DNA of 64,000 nt from Mizuhopecten yessoensis. Its lineage: Eukaryota. Position 1 is the first letter of the stretch. Each line of letters begins with the position of its first letter. The stretch is from positions 668,114 to 732,113 of the forward strand of contig NW_018404662.1 of NCBI RefSeq assembly GCF_002113885.1. Reading direction: 5' to 3'. Shown here piece by piece: positions 24,399 through 38,700 of this stretch. The notes under the pieces are model-generated. The model saw only the letters and a list, made by a program, of their open reading frames with translations, did no database searches and had not been told where the DNA came from. Made by a program: the position numbers and the translations under genes.

Positions 24399-26323
24399 TT
24401 ATTATTGTAGAGCGTATCACACTAAACTTTTTTTTATTTTTCAAAACAACTTTTATAGAAATAAGGTAAAATTTCAAAACCTTTGATACAACTAATGTAC
24501 ATATTTGAGAGGTAAAACAATTAACTTGGTAAGCAATTTCTTGTAGGCTTTGGTGAGGTAATTGAGATCTATTTTCAAGTCTATTACATATTTAAAGAAA
24601 GTGGTCACATTCTTAAATATACTTATGCTATATCAAACTGTTGTACAAGTTGAACTGAGGATATTTGAAACATTTACTATTCAGGATTGTATTGTATCTA
24701 ACTAGACTAGCTGAGCAGTAAACAAACACAAAATACAAACTTCAGCCATTTTAATAGGTTTTAAAATTTGAACAAACCTTTTCTTAAATGTAAGGATATG
24801 AGAAAAATTTGACCGGTGAAATCAAAATACTTTGATGCAACACAGTAAACTAAACAGCAATTTAGATATGAAATATTGTTATATACATTTTGTGAGTTGT
24901 ATTATGTACATTATTTGTCTAACCATGCTATGCATCATTCCACACTGTAATAACTGCAATGCATATCACTAAGAAGGCACTGTATCACTGTGTAGTTATC
25001 ATTGTGTTATTATATTACATTCCAGCATTTCAATCTTAATTGTGTTTACCAAATGATACATGCATACTGATTTCATGCTTTGTACTCTGAATGATTGACA
25101 TCTGGTCAGGTTTTTATTTAACTCTTCGGTTAATTCAGACAAATATTTTCATAGTGCCCATCTGTATTTTAATTTAATTCATCAGTTCCATCACAGAATG
25201 TTTCAGGAACCCTCTTTTTCACCGGTTACTATAGTGACTCAAAAGGTTTTATTTTAAAAAAACTGAAGTTGTCCCATTCAAAGAAAAAACAAAAGAATAC
25301 AATGAATTTATTACGTGGATTAGGGTCAAATCATTTGTTTGAGTTTAAAGGGAAATTGGCACATCCAAGTTCAATTTTATCAAGTTCCTTTATTTCTTTA
25401 TATGGTTTAACTGAATTTTTAAAAAAAAATCCTAAGCATTTAGTTATCTGTTAAACAAAAAAAGATCACCATATCGAAAATTGATTTTATTTTCAAGTGA
25501 ATTTGTAAATGTGATAGTTTCTGTGTTGATTGGGAATGATGTGATAGTTTCTGTGTTGATTGGGAATGAAGTAACTTGAGTAGACAGTGGTGAGGTGCTA
25601 TTTGTTCTGAGATATGTGATTGTCGGTTTTGTCAAGCAGGTATATTGTATATATTGTCAGACTGTCAGGTATTACAGAATGTTGGTAGTTGACAGATTTA
25701 TGATAACGTCAGTTGTTGAAGAAGGTAAAGTTGTGCTCAGGGACACAAGTTATAGGAGAAAGATTAATGTTGAAATGTGATGCGATAATTTATCTTTTAT
25801 ATGAAACCATTGTTAAGTAGATGTTTGTCTTTCACTTCGAAATGAAGTAGCTGACAGAAATTGTCAAACATGTAGATAATTTATAAAAAATAAAACTAAA
25901 AAATAAATAACAATAAAATCTATTTATGTCTTTGTTTTTCTGTTCAAAGAGCGCAGAACATGAGCTCAGTTGTTCTGTATTGCAGAAACTTTCTCACAAT
26001 TGTACACAAACGTCTCAGTTGAATATGATAAAAGTTAAATATTATCTGTATGCCAACGCCACCATTTTAGGCAAAAGAACACTGGTTTGGAAAAGGGATC
26101 CTTGGACACACTACTCGTAATCTCAGGACTACAGGCAGCCTCGATACTCCAGTGCTTACGCTCACTGTCACTCTGTGTACCCATGGAAAATGTCTTAGCA
26201 AAATTGAAGGCACAACGACACCTGTTTGATTGGCCTCAGGTAAGAAAACCTGACCAATCGCTAGGCTGATACCTGTCCTTTGAAGATGACTAAGGAGCGA
26301 CATTAGACTTTAAAGTCAGTCAA

Positions 26324-27458
26324 TTTTTAGCTCACCTGGTCCCAAGGACCATGGTGAGCTTATGCCATACCGCAGCATCCGTCGTCCGTCCGTCCGTCAA
26401 CTTTTCCTATAAAACGCTACTAGTCATGAACGACTGAGCAGATTTTAACCAAATTTGGTCAGAAACATCCTTGCGGGAAGGGGAACAAATTTTGTATAAA
26501 TGGTGGGTCTGGCCCCCCTGGGGGCTGAGAGGTGGGGCCCAGAAGGGTAATATAGCAAATTCTTTAATATCCTTCTTCTTCTGTAGGAATGAAAGGATTT
26601 GTTCCATATTTGGTCTGAAGCATCCCTGGGTGAAGAGGAACCATTTTTGTATAAACAGTTGGTCTGGCCCCCCAGGGGCCTGAGGGGCGGGGCCCCATAG
26701 GGTAATATAACAAATTCTTTAAAATCCTTCTTCTTCTGTAGGAATGAAAGGATTTGGTCCATAATTGGTCAGAAGCATTCTTGGGTGAAGGGTAACCAAT
26801 TTTGTATAAACTGTGGGTTTGGCCCCCCCTGGGACCTGAAGGGGGCCAAATAGGGGAAATAGAGGTAAAACCTTTATAATCCTTCTTCTATCATAGGGAT
26901 TAAGGGATATTATCCTAATTTAGTCTGGAGCTATCTTGGGCAAAAGGGACCTAATTTCGTATAAACAGCAAGGGTGGCCCTCCCTGGGGGCAGAAGGGAG
27001 GGGCCCAATAGGGGAAATATAGCAAATTCTTCAATGGCAGGATTTTGTCAAAATTTGGTATGAAGCACCCTTGGGTGAAGGGGAACCAATTTTGTATAAA
27101 CGGTGTGTCTGACCCCCCTAGAGGTAGAGAGGCAGGGCCCAATAGGGGAAATAGAGGTAAGACTTTTAAAATCTTTCTTCTACCATAGGGATTAGGGGAT
27201 TGTATCCTTATTTAGTCTGGAGTATCCTTGGGTCAAGGGGACTCAATTTTGTATAAATGGTGGGTATGACCCGCTTAGGGCATAGGGGTGGGGATCTGTT
27301 TGAAGTTTGTTCTTGCTATATCTCAAGTACTTGATGGATCTTTCTGAAATTTCATATGTACTTACAGCACCTACCATGGAGTGCTATATCTTTACTTCAT
27401 ACCAATTATTTTAAACATATATTCAGGTGAACGATACAGACCCTCTGGGCTTCTTGTT
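26324..27458 (-). mobile_element. Complete HINE-like (Helitron/Helentron-associated) non-autonomous element
   Basis: TTTTTAGCTCACCTG..GGTGAGCT terminal hairpin, (GTCC)n microsatellite, ~6 internal ~150-bp tandem units, and end CAGGTGAACGATACAGACCCTCTGGGCTTCTTGTT. Confidence 0.85.
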
Positions 27459-27819
27459 ACCGATTCTTTTGATGTACACCAAAGGATCAAACTATCCTAT
27501 TTGTCTCATCAAAAGGCAATGCACACCAAGCTTTGACTGTCGGTATTACATATTCCAGGGGTGCGAAATTGAGCGTAAATCCTGGTGTATCGAGGATGGA
27601 CTATAGAGAACCCTTTGCAATGATATTTTGGATAGTGTAGAGCCCGACACATGCTGGATCGGTTGTTTTTGGTAAAATGGCAAAATATAGTTTAAAAGAG
27701 AAACAAAAATACAGTGTAAATCACAAACAGGAAAAATAAATTTACTCGTAAAACTATTAACAATCACTGGATAAGCCCACAATGAACTGTGAAACACATT
27801 GAAACGTACAGCTAAAGAA

Positions 27820-28560
27820 CAATAATAAGATAAGGAAGTGGTTGGAGCAAAAAGGAATAATGGATTGAAAGGAACAAAACCAACAAATTGACTAGTACGG
27901 AAAAAATATTGAACAACGAACCGACAAAGTCAAAACGAATAATATATTGTTAAGGACAAATGAGGATAGATGGATCGGTAAAGACCACTATTAAGCAATA
28001 GAATAAAAAAAGGATGAACTGAATGATGGATTTGAAGGGCCAAAGCGAATGATGATTAATGAATTTGATCATTGAATAATAGAATAAAACAGGTAAACAA
28101 GAAAAATGGATTGATAAGGACAAACTATGAACCGTGGATTGATAAAGACCACTGTTAAATAATAGAATAATAATGTGAAAATGGGCAATAGGCTGATAAA
28201 GACAAATAATAAACAATGGGCTGATAAAGACAAATAATAAACAATGGGCTAATAAAGACAAAAATTAAACAATGGGCTAATAAAGACAAAAAATAAACAA
28301 TGGGCTGATAAAGACAAATAATAAACAATGGGCTGATAAAGACAATAATTAACAATGGGCTGATAAAGGCAAACAATAAACAATGGGCTGATAAAGACAA
28401 ATAATAAACAATGGGCTGATAAAGGCAAACAATAAACAATGGGCTGATAAAGACAAAAAATAAACAATGGGCTGATAAAGACAAAAATTAAACAATGGGC
28501 TGATAAAGGCAAACAAAGAGCGATAGAGTTATAAAGACTAATATTGGAAATGAGCAATAA
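27820..28560. repeat. 28-bp A-rich minisatellite, left block
   Basis: Unit ataaagacaaataataaacaatgggctg, homogeneous at 28190-28515 and decayed to the left. Confidence 0.9.
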
Positions 28561-28585
28561 TTTGACAAAAATACCAAAGGGTTAA

Positions 28586-29621
28586 GGTTCAACAAGCCCC
28601 TTAAAAGATGACGTAGTCAACTAAAATTCCAACCCCCTGGTAAGTCATGTTCAAAGACCTCAATTACAAATCGGAACTCACGTATGTTATTTGTCTATAT
28701 ATTGAACTTGTACATTGGCCATACAAAAAATATATAGTAGTCAAAAAAACGCATTAAGGCTGATGTTTCAAAAAAATACCTCACTGGACTTATAACATGG
28801 CAATCTATTTAATACCTAGGTCATGCGGAGTTTTATTTCTCTTTTACTAGCTGTTGAGAGGAATTCCGACCACAAATAAAGATTGATGTTGCCATGCGAA
28901 ACCACTAAAATCCTAATAAAAATCTCCTGGTAATACATTTTAGCAAATTTTAAATAAGAAAACAATGACTAAGTAACCTTGATCGATAAATGAACTTTAG
29001 ATGATGTGCCATTTGATAACATTATATGATTATATGAATGCGCTAGACATGTTATAAACATTGAAGCTGAAAAGTACGATAATGTTTACAACAAGTCTAG
29101 CTCTTTTATTACAACATTGTATGTTTAGAAAGGACATTTTAAATGAAGTTAAAGTTGTATTTATGGTCAAAAGTCTATAATTTTACATATATATACCGGT
29201 AAAATATGTTACGCGGACGTTTTACTATGATTTTTGTACATTCCCATAGCAACAATCACCTTCTTGTGAGGAGGCCGGTATGCCTCTCCACACATAGTTA
29301 AAGATAAATAAAGCCCCGCATGACTTAGGTATATAAATGATCTTCAAATAACATGTCATTTCGTAACATTCAGTTGAGTCGCTTTAGAGATTGACATGTT
29401 ATAAATCAGGTGAGCAACTTTTATCATTACATCAGCCTTAATGCTGTATTTTTGACTTCGTTGACCTGGTTATATACCTTTTTAATAGCTCATGTACAAG
29501 TTCAATATATTTAAATTACATATATATATATTCCGATTTGTGATAAAGGTATTTGAATATGACTTGTCATGAGGTTGAAATTAAGGGTGACTATTACCTC
29601 TTTTAGGGGACTTGTTGAACC
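28586..29621. mobile_element. Non-autonomous DNA transposon with long TIRs and TTAA TSD (Kolobok-like)
   Basis: ttaa|GGTTCAACAAG.CCC...GGGGACTTGTTGAACC|ttaa, with ~220-bp diverged inverted arms. Confidence 0.8.
28815..29329. mobile_element. Nested MITE with TA TSD, or an inner extension of the outer TIRs
   Basis: ta|CCTAGGTCATGCGGAGTTTTATTT ... AAATAAAGCCCCGCATGACTTAGG|ta. Confidence 0.55.
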
Positions 29622-29644
29622 TTAATATAAACATGAGCAACTAG

Positions 29645-30860
29645 CCTATAAAGGCAAATAATAAACAATGGGTGGATAAAGACAAATCATGAAGAATGGG
29701 TGGATAAAGACAAATAATGAACAATAGGTGGATAAAGACAAATAACGAACAATGAAAGGACACGACCAATAATGTACAATGGATGAATAAAGACATAATG
29801 AATAATAGGCGGATAATGACAAATACTGAACAATGGGTGGATAAAGACAAATCATGAAGAATGGGTGGATAAAGACAAATAATGAACAATGGGTGGATAA
29901 AGACAAATAACGAACAATGAAGGACAAGACCAATAATGTACAATGGATGAATAAAGACATAATGAATAATAGGCGGATAATGACAAATACTGAACAATGG
30001 GTGGATAAAGACAAATAATAAACAATGGATTTATAAAGACACGATGAACAATGGGTGGATTAAGACAAATAATGAACAATAAGTGGATAATGACAAATAC
30101 TGAACAATGGATGGATAAAGACAAATAATGAATAATAGGCGGACAAAGACAAATCATGAACAATGCGTGGATAAAGACAAATAATGAACAATGGGCAGAT
30201 ACAGATAAATAATGAACAATGGGCGGATAATGACAAATAATGAACAATGAGTGGATAAAGACAAATAATTAACAATGGGTGGATAAAGACAAATAACGAA
30301 CAATGAATGGATAGGACAAATAATGTACAATGGATGAATAAAGACATATAATGAATAATAGGCGGACAAAGACAAATCATGAACAATTGGTGGATAATGA
30401 CAAATAATAAACAATGGGCTGATAAAGACAATAATTAACAATGGGCTGATAAAGGCAAACAATAAACAATGGGCTGATAAAGACAAATAATAAACGATGG
30501 GATGAAAAAGACAAATAATGAACAATGAGTGGATAAAGACAAATAAAGAACAATGGGTGGATAAAGACAAATAATGGGCAATAGAGTTGTTCAGTCTAAA
30601 ACAGGACAAAAGAATAATATTGAAAATGAACAATGGATTTACAAGGACAAACAATTGACAATTAATTAATTCAAGAAAGGAGGAATTGACTGATAAGGAT
30701 AAATATAGATTTGTTGATTGATAAGGACAAATAATGAACACTCTATTGGGAAGGACCAATATTAAACAAAAAATAATAATTTGGAAAATTAGACATGGAT
30801 TATAAGAAAACAATTGAGCAATCGATTGATATGAACAAAAATGATAAATGGATTAATATG
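29645..30860. repeat. 28-bp minisatellite, right block, with higher-order repeat
   Basis: Unit ataaagacaaataatgaacaatgggtgg. A six-unit block (~169 bp) is repeated within 29670-30010. The many minus-strand ORFs here are artefacts. Confidence 0.9.
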
Positions 30861-31029
30861 TAACCCCGTCAAATTCAGATGACATTCGTATAGACTCTAA
30901 ATGCTAATGGCCCTTGTGTTGATTTCATTAATATTTTGACGTTCTAGGTAACGTTAGAATCCGCTGACACTTTATTCCAGATGGTTGATTTATTTATTAC
31001 CAAACATACACGAAACATACACTAAATAT

Positions 31030-31396
31030 GGCCCCGAATCGGCGTTTGGAGTGCCCAGTATAGTAATCTCTCTATCAACATTTTCGTTCCCGGAATTTAT
31101 CTCAGAATACTAAAGTTATCTTTTTATATTTTGACAAGGTGATACACTGCGATATGTAAATGTTCAATAGGGATTTGAAAACATTCTAAGATCAATGTCA
31201 ATGTCGCTGATGTTTTAAATATTCAAAGGGAGTGTACGGTCCTTATCTCGGAAACCGAAAGACTAATCTGTTTAAATTTGGCATGGTGACACACGGTGAT
31301 ATCCATGGAATTTTAAAATGTTCCTAAGGTCAAGGTCACTGTAACAAGAAACAGACCGTGCGAGGTACGGTGAGGCACATGTCAGGCCTCTTGTTT
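31030..31396. mobile_element. Short degenerate HINE-like element
   Basis: Two decayed internal units (tatctc.gaa..., aaggtcaaggtcac) and a terminal GGCCTCTTGTTT. Confidence 0.45.
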
Positions 31397-32059
31397 ACCT
31401 GTTAGTGGTTTAGTTTGAAATAAATGAGGACTTAAAATAATCATACTTTTACTTTTATGATATCAAAATTGAGAAATAGTATGTTTAGTGAACTGTGTTG
31501 ATATGACATTTACACTCGATATGAATGACACAGCTTTGCAGGCAAATAATGGACAATGGATCGGTGAAGGAAGATATCTACGAACAGTGATAAATGAATA
31601 ATATATTGATAAGGAGCAGTGGACTTTCTCAATTTTGATAACTTAACAATAAATATAACATTTAGAATATGACATAAAGAACAACGCATTTTTCTGTTTC
31701 CATGACATGCTCCACTTTACTCGACAATACATGTGAGCAAGGTTATATCCAGGCACATATATAAGATACCGAGTTTACTTGTCTGTGGATACACAACACA
31801 TGAATGAACACGAAGTCATTTTTAAAAACTGGTTTTAATTTTTCAGTAAAATATTACTATTTAGTTTATGCTCTTAACAATAGCATGCCATAATTGTTTT
31901 ATTGCACATATACATCATTGCTATTCATTCATTAATTATTATATTGTTTATATACCAATAAATTGTAGATTTGTTCTGAATTTAATATATCCAAGTTGAA
32001 TAAAGAAAATCCATTAATTGCAATCCAAGGCGCTTTCCTCCTATAAAAAAACTGCCCAG

Positions 32060-32420
32060 TCTCTGTAAAACATGTCTACAACCACTATATATCTAAGATC
32101 ATTGGCACATCTCCGTTACCATATTATAGACGTCGCGTGGAATACTTCCATTCTCACTGCATCTGTGTTTCCATGACTATTTCGTCTCAGTTTCTTGGAA
32201 CGTTTCCACGACCGCTATAAATGAGTTATATGGAAGGGTTCCATGACCACTGTATCATAGTTCTGTGGAACGTTTCCATGATAACTATATCCAAGTTACA
32301 TTTCCATTATCACGTTATCTTAGTTGTGCGGGACACTCAAAATTCCATAAGCATTATATATGAATTCTGTTGATCGTTTTCATAGCATCTGTATCTGATT
32401 GCCTTGCAACACTTCCAACA
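32060..32420. repeat. Degenerate ~35-bp tandem repeat
   Basis: Recurrent ttccatgac.actat/gtatc...gtggaac blocks. Confidence 0.6.
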
Positions 32421-32793
32421 AATCATGTTAAATAGATGTGGTAAACACGCTGGTGCTTTTTCAGAGTTTAATACACGTTCTATTTGTGTGATATCCATCC
32501 TTATATGGATGCTATTGAAGAAAACGTTAACCTACCTGAGATGGTCGGTTATCACACCTATCAAACTCTCGGTTTTATTATTGTATGTTGTTTGGAAACT
32601 ATTTGCTAATAATAATTTTAAAAAAATACATACGAATTTAATGAAGCAACCATTATCTACTGGTCTTATCTGATATGGCTTTAAAATTATCCGGACTGGA
32701 AGCAGTGAAAACTTAGAAGACTTTATTGTCAAATCTACACGGATATGTAAGACACTACCTCCACAACCATCGTATTTATTGAACTCAAAAAAG

Positions 32794-35700
32794 TCACTTC
32801 AAAGCTACTTTGTAAGATTTGCCACAGACATCCACTTGGAATGACTTGGAGCTTAGTTTATCTTTGGCCAGCGACACAGTTCCCATACACAACACTGTGT
32901 TCTTGGTAAAGTCGAAACCCGTGGAGGATACGGAACCTGCTACCCTGCCATCACAGTAGATCGGCTCCCCTCCCCAAACCCAAGAGTCCTCTTCAACACA
33001 GAAGTCTTCCAACTCCAGACATACTATAGTGGCATCTGTCTTGTTGCTTGCTGCTATTAGTGCTTCCTTTCCGATAAAGGATGTCTTCTGAAATTCAATT
33101 GAAACCCCAGGTAATTTGCCTCACCACATATTTAAATATAGAATTCAAAAAATAATCGTTCCTGCGAAGACGTTTAAGAAAATCTCGCAAGATACACTTT
33201 GATAATATAATATTGACAAATAGGAAGAAATACAAACAGTGACTGAAAGTGACTAAAGAGCTTAAAATGAGAAGATTTGATTAATTTAAACAAAAAATAA
33301 ATACTAGTACCGTATTCAACAATGCAGTAAGATAGAAACAAATATACAAGGCATAATTCATGTTATTGCAATGGAGAAAATCACATAATGAATACTCAAA
33401 CTGGAAAGTGGATAGAAATAGTGGAACTAAGCAGACGTACAAATTAAGTATCAAAAATGAAACTTCTACTGTATCTCAGAAGTAGATTATATTTTGTGGG
33501 TAAAACATGAACGAAAAATCATAACAAACCATGAAACAATCCCGAAGCATATTCACCTGAAAATCGACCATGTCCGCCATGCCGGTCACCATTGGTGTGG
33601 TGCCGGACGTAAAGTCTTTCAGCCACTGGGGGTAGACATTCTCGGTCTGCAATAACCTTAGTGTATGGTGGCCAGCGTTCCTGATGCCATATTTCTCTCC
33701 CACGTTCATCAACGTGTCATAAACGTCTACTGCTCCCTGTTATATTTAAAACAGGGCATTTGAATAATTATTTTATCCTATCAGTTTTAGAAGAAAAATA
33801 TTAACCTCCTGTATTTTATCACATAATTTTAACACTAGGAGACGATAAATAAACCATTATGGATCTGTTTTCCCCATTGCAATACTTTAGCGTTTTTCTT
33901 TTTATGACGCAACTCTAATACTATCCTTTCCATGTTGTTTATCTTTACTCTTGCTTTATATAACTCTTTTTATGACCCAACTCTAATACTATCCTTTCCA
34001 TGTTGTTTATCTTTACTCTTGCTTTATATAACTCTTTTTATGACCCAACTCTAATACCATCCTTTCCGTGTTGTTTATCTTACTTGCATCCTATGATCTA
34101 TTGTATATTAAAATCTGGGAATTTTGTTTGATTGAGTGATTGTACTGCGCACATTTCCACTAACTTTACGCGCACTAAATCAGGGTGAAGCTATACACAA
34201 GTGAATATATAATAACATTATATATATTTCAGCAACGTTAAAGGCGCGAAAATATTCACATACAACTCCATCCTACATGTATAACAACCAATCACATGAT
34301 GGCTTCTTAAAAAATCATTGAAATAGCGTTGTTGCTGATAGAGCGATACAGATTCCACAACCCAGATATGGCATTCAATGTTAATATTATCTAACGTAAT
34401 TGCCAAAAGAAACATTTTAGGCGTTCGCAGTTAACTCTTCATTTCTTCATAATTTACTCACCTGTGATGGGACAAGGAGAGTGGTTCCAACCATCCCGGC
34501 TAGATTCTGTTTTAGTACTGCAATATCCTTGGTCTGTCCGATGTTGACCATCTGAAATATTGAATGTTTTAAAAGAAATCAAAGATTGAAAAAGTACATG
34601 GTATACTTAATCATACTAGCAATTAAGGCAGTGCATGTGAGATTTGTTTTATATATTTTTATTATAAATTTAAATAGCATTTTCTGAGAAAAAAACCCCA
34701 CGTTCATTCATTAAAATGTATTTTGTATATTGTTTTCTAAATAACTTTCTTATACCGTTTAAAATCTAAGAAACTTTTGACAAGTAGGAAGCGTATTTCG
34801 GGACTATCTCACTTTCGATATTATTATTTCATTTCAACAGATTTTATTGACATGGTGTTATGGTCAAATGGATCGAATAACAGGCAAGCCTATATAAATT
34901 CTTTCCATAGGTGACAAGAGAATTGCAAGAATATTATAGAACTATAGCTAAACATATTTTATAGATATTTTGAAATGAAATTACATAAATGTAAACGATA
35001 ATGTAATTAAAGGGAGGTAACTCACTTTTGATTACTTACAATACAACATAGGACATACACACACCGGCAAAGACACACACACACAAACATGTATCATAAT
35101 TACACGTGTACATATGAGTTACTATTTAACATTCGATACAGTTAGGTAGATATAACAAAAGTCTATGTGCAAGTACTGCACAGGTCATCACCACCTAAAA
35201 TGTGCATTAATTTATTTATATGTAACTATTTAATCTACATAATTAACCCGATATGTACATTTATCAAAAGTATAAGTTAAACATTGTGTAGAGGAGCACA
35301 AAATAAATAAATGAAAATATGTATTTATTACATAATCAAATAAATTCACAACCATGTTCAACTGTTTTCATAGAAAATTACAGTTTTTGTCAATATAATG
35401 GCTTTCTAGATCTTGTAAAAGTTAAAACGTTTAGATTTCCCTATAAAATAATGTATATCACGAAGCATAAGTCTGTTTGTATTACCTTCACAATTAGGAC
35501 AGCCATGTAAAATAATGTCAATACCGATATGCTAATGCTCAAATGCATAATTAATGAGTGAGTTGAACAAATTAATCCGCAAATCATAGTAAATAGGACA
35601 TTCTAGAAAAAAATGAGAGACTGTTTCCAATTCATCTGAACAAGTACATACTGGACTTTCAGTTAGGTTGGCATGATGCAAATCAAACTTTAAGTCACTA

Positions 35701-38700
35701 CAATAATTTCTGAGTTAGGAAAGAATAATGTTTGCCCTTCTATCACCTTCAGTTTTGAAAATTTGAACAGATTTACCATCAGTTATAGTATTTTTATCTA
35801 ACAGCCATTTAAAAGATTAGTATCGGTGTTGTTAGCTGTGAGGCACATGGAAGGAAAAAAGCTGTCAAAGTAGTTATTAGTTCTGCATATTGGTGGGTTA
35901 AAAGTCTAGTTTGTCGGAGAGAATAATGATTTTCATTAGGATTGTTTGTAAAGGGGATCAACACATCTAATTATTGCGGTGAGAGTCCATGCATTAATTT
36001 ATACATCATGATATATTTGTGTTTCTCTCTTCTGGCAGCCAGAGTTTCCCAACCAAGTTCGGTATAACGTTTATTTTGTGATGTTCCTGAGCGAAGGCCT
36101 GTTATAATTCTAGCTGCTTCTAATTTTATAGATTCTAGAAGATCTGTTGATTATTGTGTGCAGTTATCCCAAACTATGTCAGCAAATTCCAAAATTGGTT
36201 TAATAAATGCAGTATGAATTATAATTAATGGTTTTCGATTTACTTTAGCTTTTATGTAACGAAGAATGTTGTAAGCTTTTTCAAATATGTTCTGAATATG
36301 TTGTTTCCATGATGCATCATCTTTAAGGGTAAGTCCTAAGTGTGTATGTGATGTAGTGTCTGTAATTTGGCTGTTTTAAAAAGTTAAAGTGGATTGATTT
36401 GTGTTATGTTTCCTTGAAAATATAACTGATTTAGTTTTATTAGGGTTAAATTTTATATCCCATGTGTTTGCCCATTCATTCATGGTAGTAAGGTCAGTTG
36501 TTAGTGCTTGTGCTGCTTGAGCTGGGTCTTCTTCTATAATTACATAAAGGGAGGTGTCGTCTGCAAAAAGCTTGATATTAGTAGAAACATTTTCGGTGAT
36601 ATCATAGATGAAAAGAAGAGAGAGAAGTGGGCCAAGGACAGATCCTTGAGGTACCCCTGCATTAATAACCTTGAATTGAAAAAGATAACACTCAGTACTA
36701 ACTCTTTGCATTCTGTCTGAAAGATAATTTTGGAACCAGATAAGTAAAATTCCAGCAAAACCATAGTATTTTAGTTTATGTAGAAGACCTTGGTGCCACA
36801 CACGGTCAAAAGCTTTATTGATGTCACAAAATATAAACCTAAACTCCTTTCCCTGGTCCATATTACTAACAATTTCATTATATATTAACAATAATTGATT
36901 TACTGTAGAATACCTACTGTAAATCCTGACTGATGCTTAGTTATAATAGAATTTTCAACTAGGTAATTATAAAGATATTTGAACATATTTTTTTCCATCA
37001 ATTTACTAAGACCAGAAATTATTGAGATAGGTCTATAGTTTGAAACATCATTGGTTGAACCATTTCCTTTATAAATAACATTAATGTTTGCTTGTTTCCA
37101 AATATTTGGTAAAGTCCCTGATTCTAAAGATTTACTAAATAATAGTGTGAGGGGTAATCTCAGAGAGGAACTTAGCTTTTTAACAATTTTACGGATAACA
37201 CCATCAGGACCTGGTGGTTTATTAACATTAAGACTATTAATTAGGTCAGAGACATCTTTTTGAATCACATGGATATTTGTTAGTGAAAAGGGGGTGAAAT
37301 GTTGTGCTGTTTGAGGGAGTTCAAGGTCAGGTGATGATGTAGAGATATTAGTAAAGTGACTGTTTAGGATTTCAGCTTTATCAATTGGATGGTGAATGAC
37401 CAGATTGTTAGATTCAAGAGGGGGGATAGAGGAGGATTTGTTAGAAAAGTTAGTGATAGATTTTGCTATCTTCCACCATTTATCTGGAGGGACCATACTA
37501 TCATTTAGTGAATTTTCAAGGTTTGTTTATGTAATTTGCCTTTGCTTCTCGAATCAGGTCAATAGTTTCATTTCTAAGAATACGAAATCGGTGCCATTAA
37601 TGAGGATTATTATTTATTTTAGCCTTTTTGCGTATTCTGCTTCTCATCTTAAGTCTAATGGTGTTGTTCATCCATGGTTTATCATTTGGGCGGACTGTTA
37701 TCACTTTGTGGGAATACATTTTTTGACATGTTCCGTTAAACAATTAATTATATAGAAGCATTAAATAGCTCAGTGTCCTGATTCAATGATAAATTGAACC
37801 AATCAACATTAAAAAGAGCTTTATTCATACTTTCAAAATCAGCTTCATCATATTTCAGAATGGCCTTTTTATAGCTCACTTGTTTAACTATGTTAACAGA
37901 AAGTTGGGCATGAACTGATAAGTGGTCACTACAGAATGGTGGTGATACATAGGCACTTTTAATTATGTTTCTGTTATTAGAAAATATAATATCAATGAAT
38001 GTGACACTGTCAGGTGTTATTCGTGTAGGTTCATTAATAAAACTAGACAGATTATGTTTGATAAGGAGTCTTGATAAGTGATAATTTAATGGTAAGTTTA
38101 ACATATCAACATCCATAGAAGTATCAGCAGCTCTAGTTAATGTATCATCAAGTTTGTTGCAGTAGTCAATGTTACTGTCTCGTCTATACAAACAACCAAG
38201 ATGAGGAGTATGAGTAAAGGAGTGTATTTGAATGTCAGTGTTGCTTATCAATGGATTGAAATGTGATTCAGTCAGGCATACTTTATCGTTACTTTCAAGT
38301 TCAGTTTCAATTCAGGAAGTTTTGTTTCTAAGGGATCGAACATTAAGGTGAACCATATTAAGATTGTGTAACGGTCCAGGATTACTTTCAACATTAAAAC
38401 AGAGGCATAGAATAATAAACTGTGTAACTAAAAAGAATGATAAGTTATACTATTAATAGTGTAATGTATATCTTTTTACTACATTGCACATTATTACTGT
38501 AGATTTATGCACTTTATTGTTACTGTTAAGTATGTACTTATATACTATATTGCGACTAACGTACATTATCATTTAACTTTGAATTTCCTGTATAATTTAT
38601 CGCAAACAAAATCATTAGAAGTATACTTAAAACGTATTTTTGATGTCTTGATACTGAGCAATTACTTATGAAAACGTTAATATTGTTGAAGATTGTCATT

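Noticed and set aside
25444-25780. Thr/Ser-rich mucin-like ORF with a 30-bp duplication
   Set aside because: Short, interrupted by stops upstream, with no splice or homology support.
27950-30813. Many 100-219 aa hydrophobic minus-strand ORFs
   Set aside because: They are translations of the 28-bp minisatellite in several frames.
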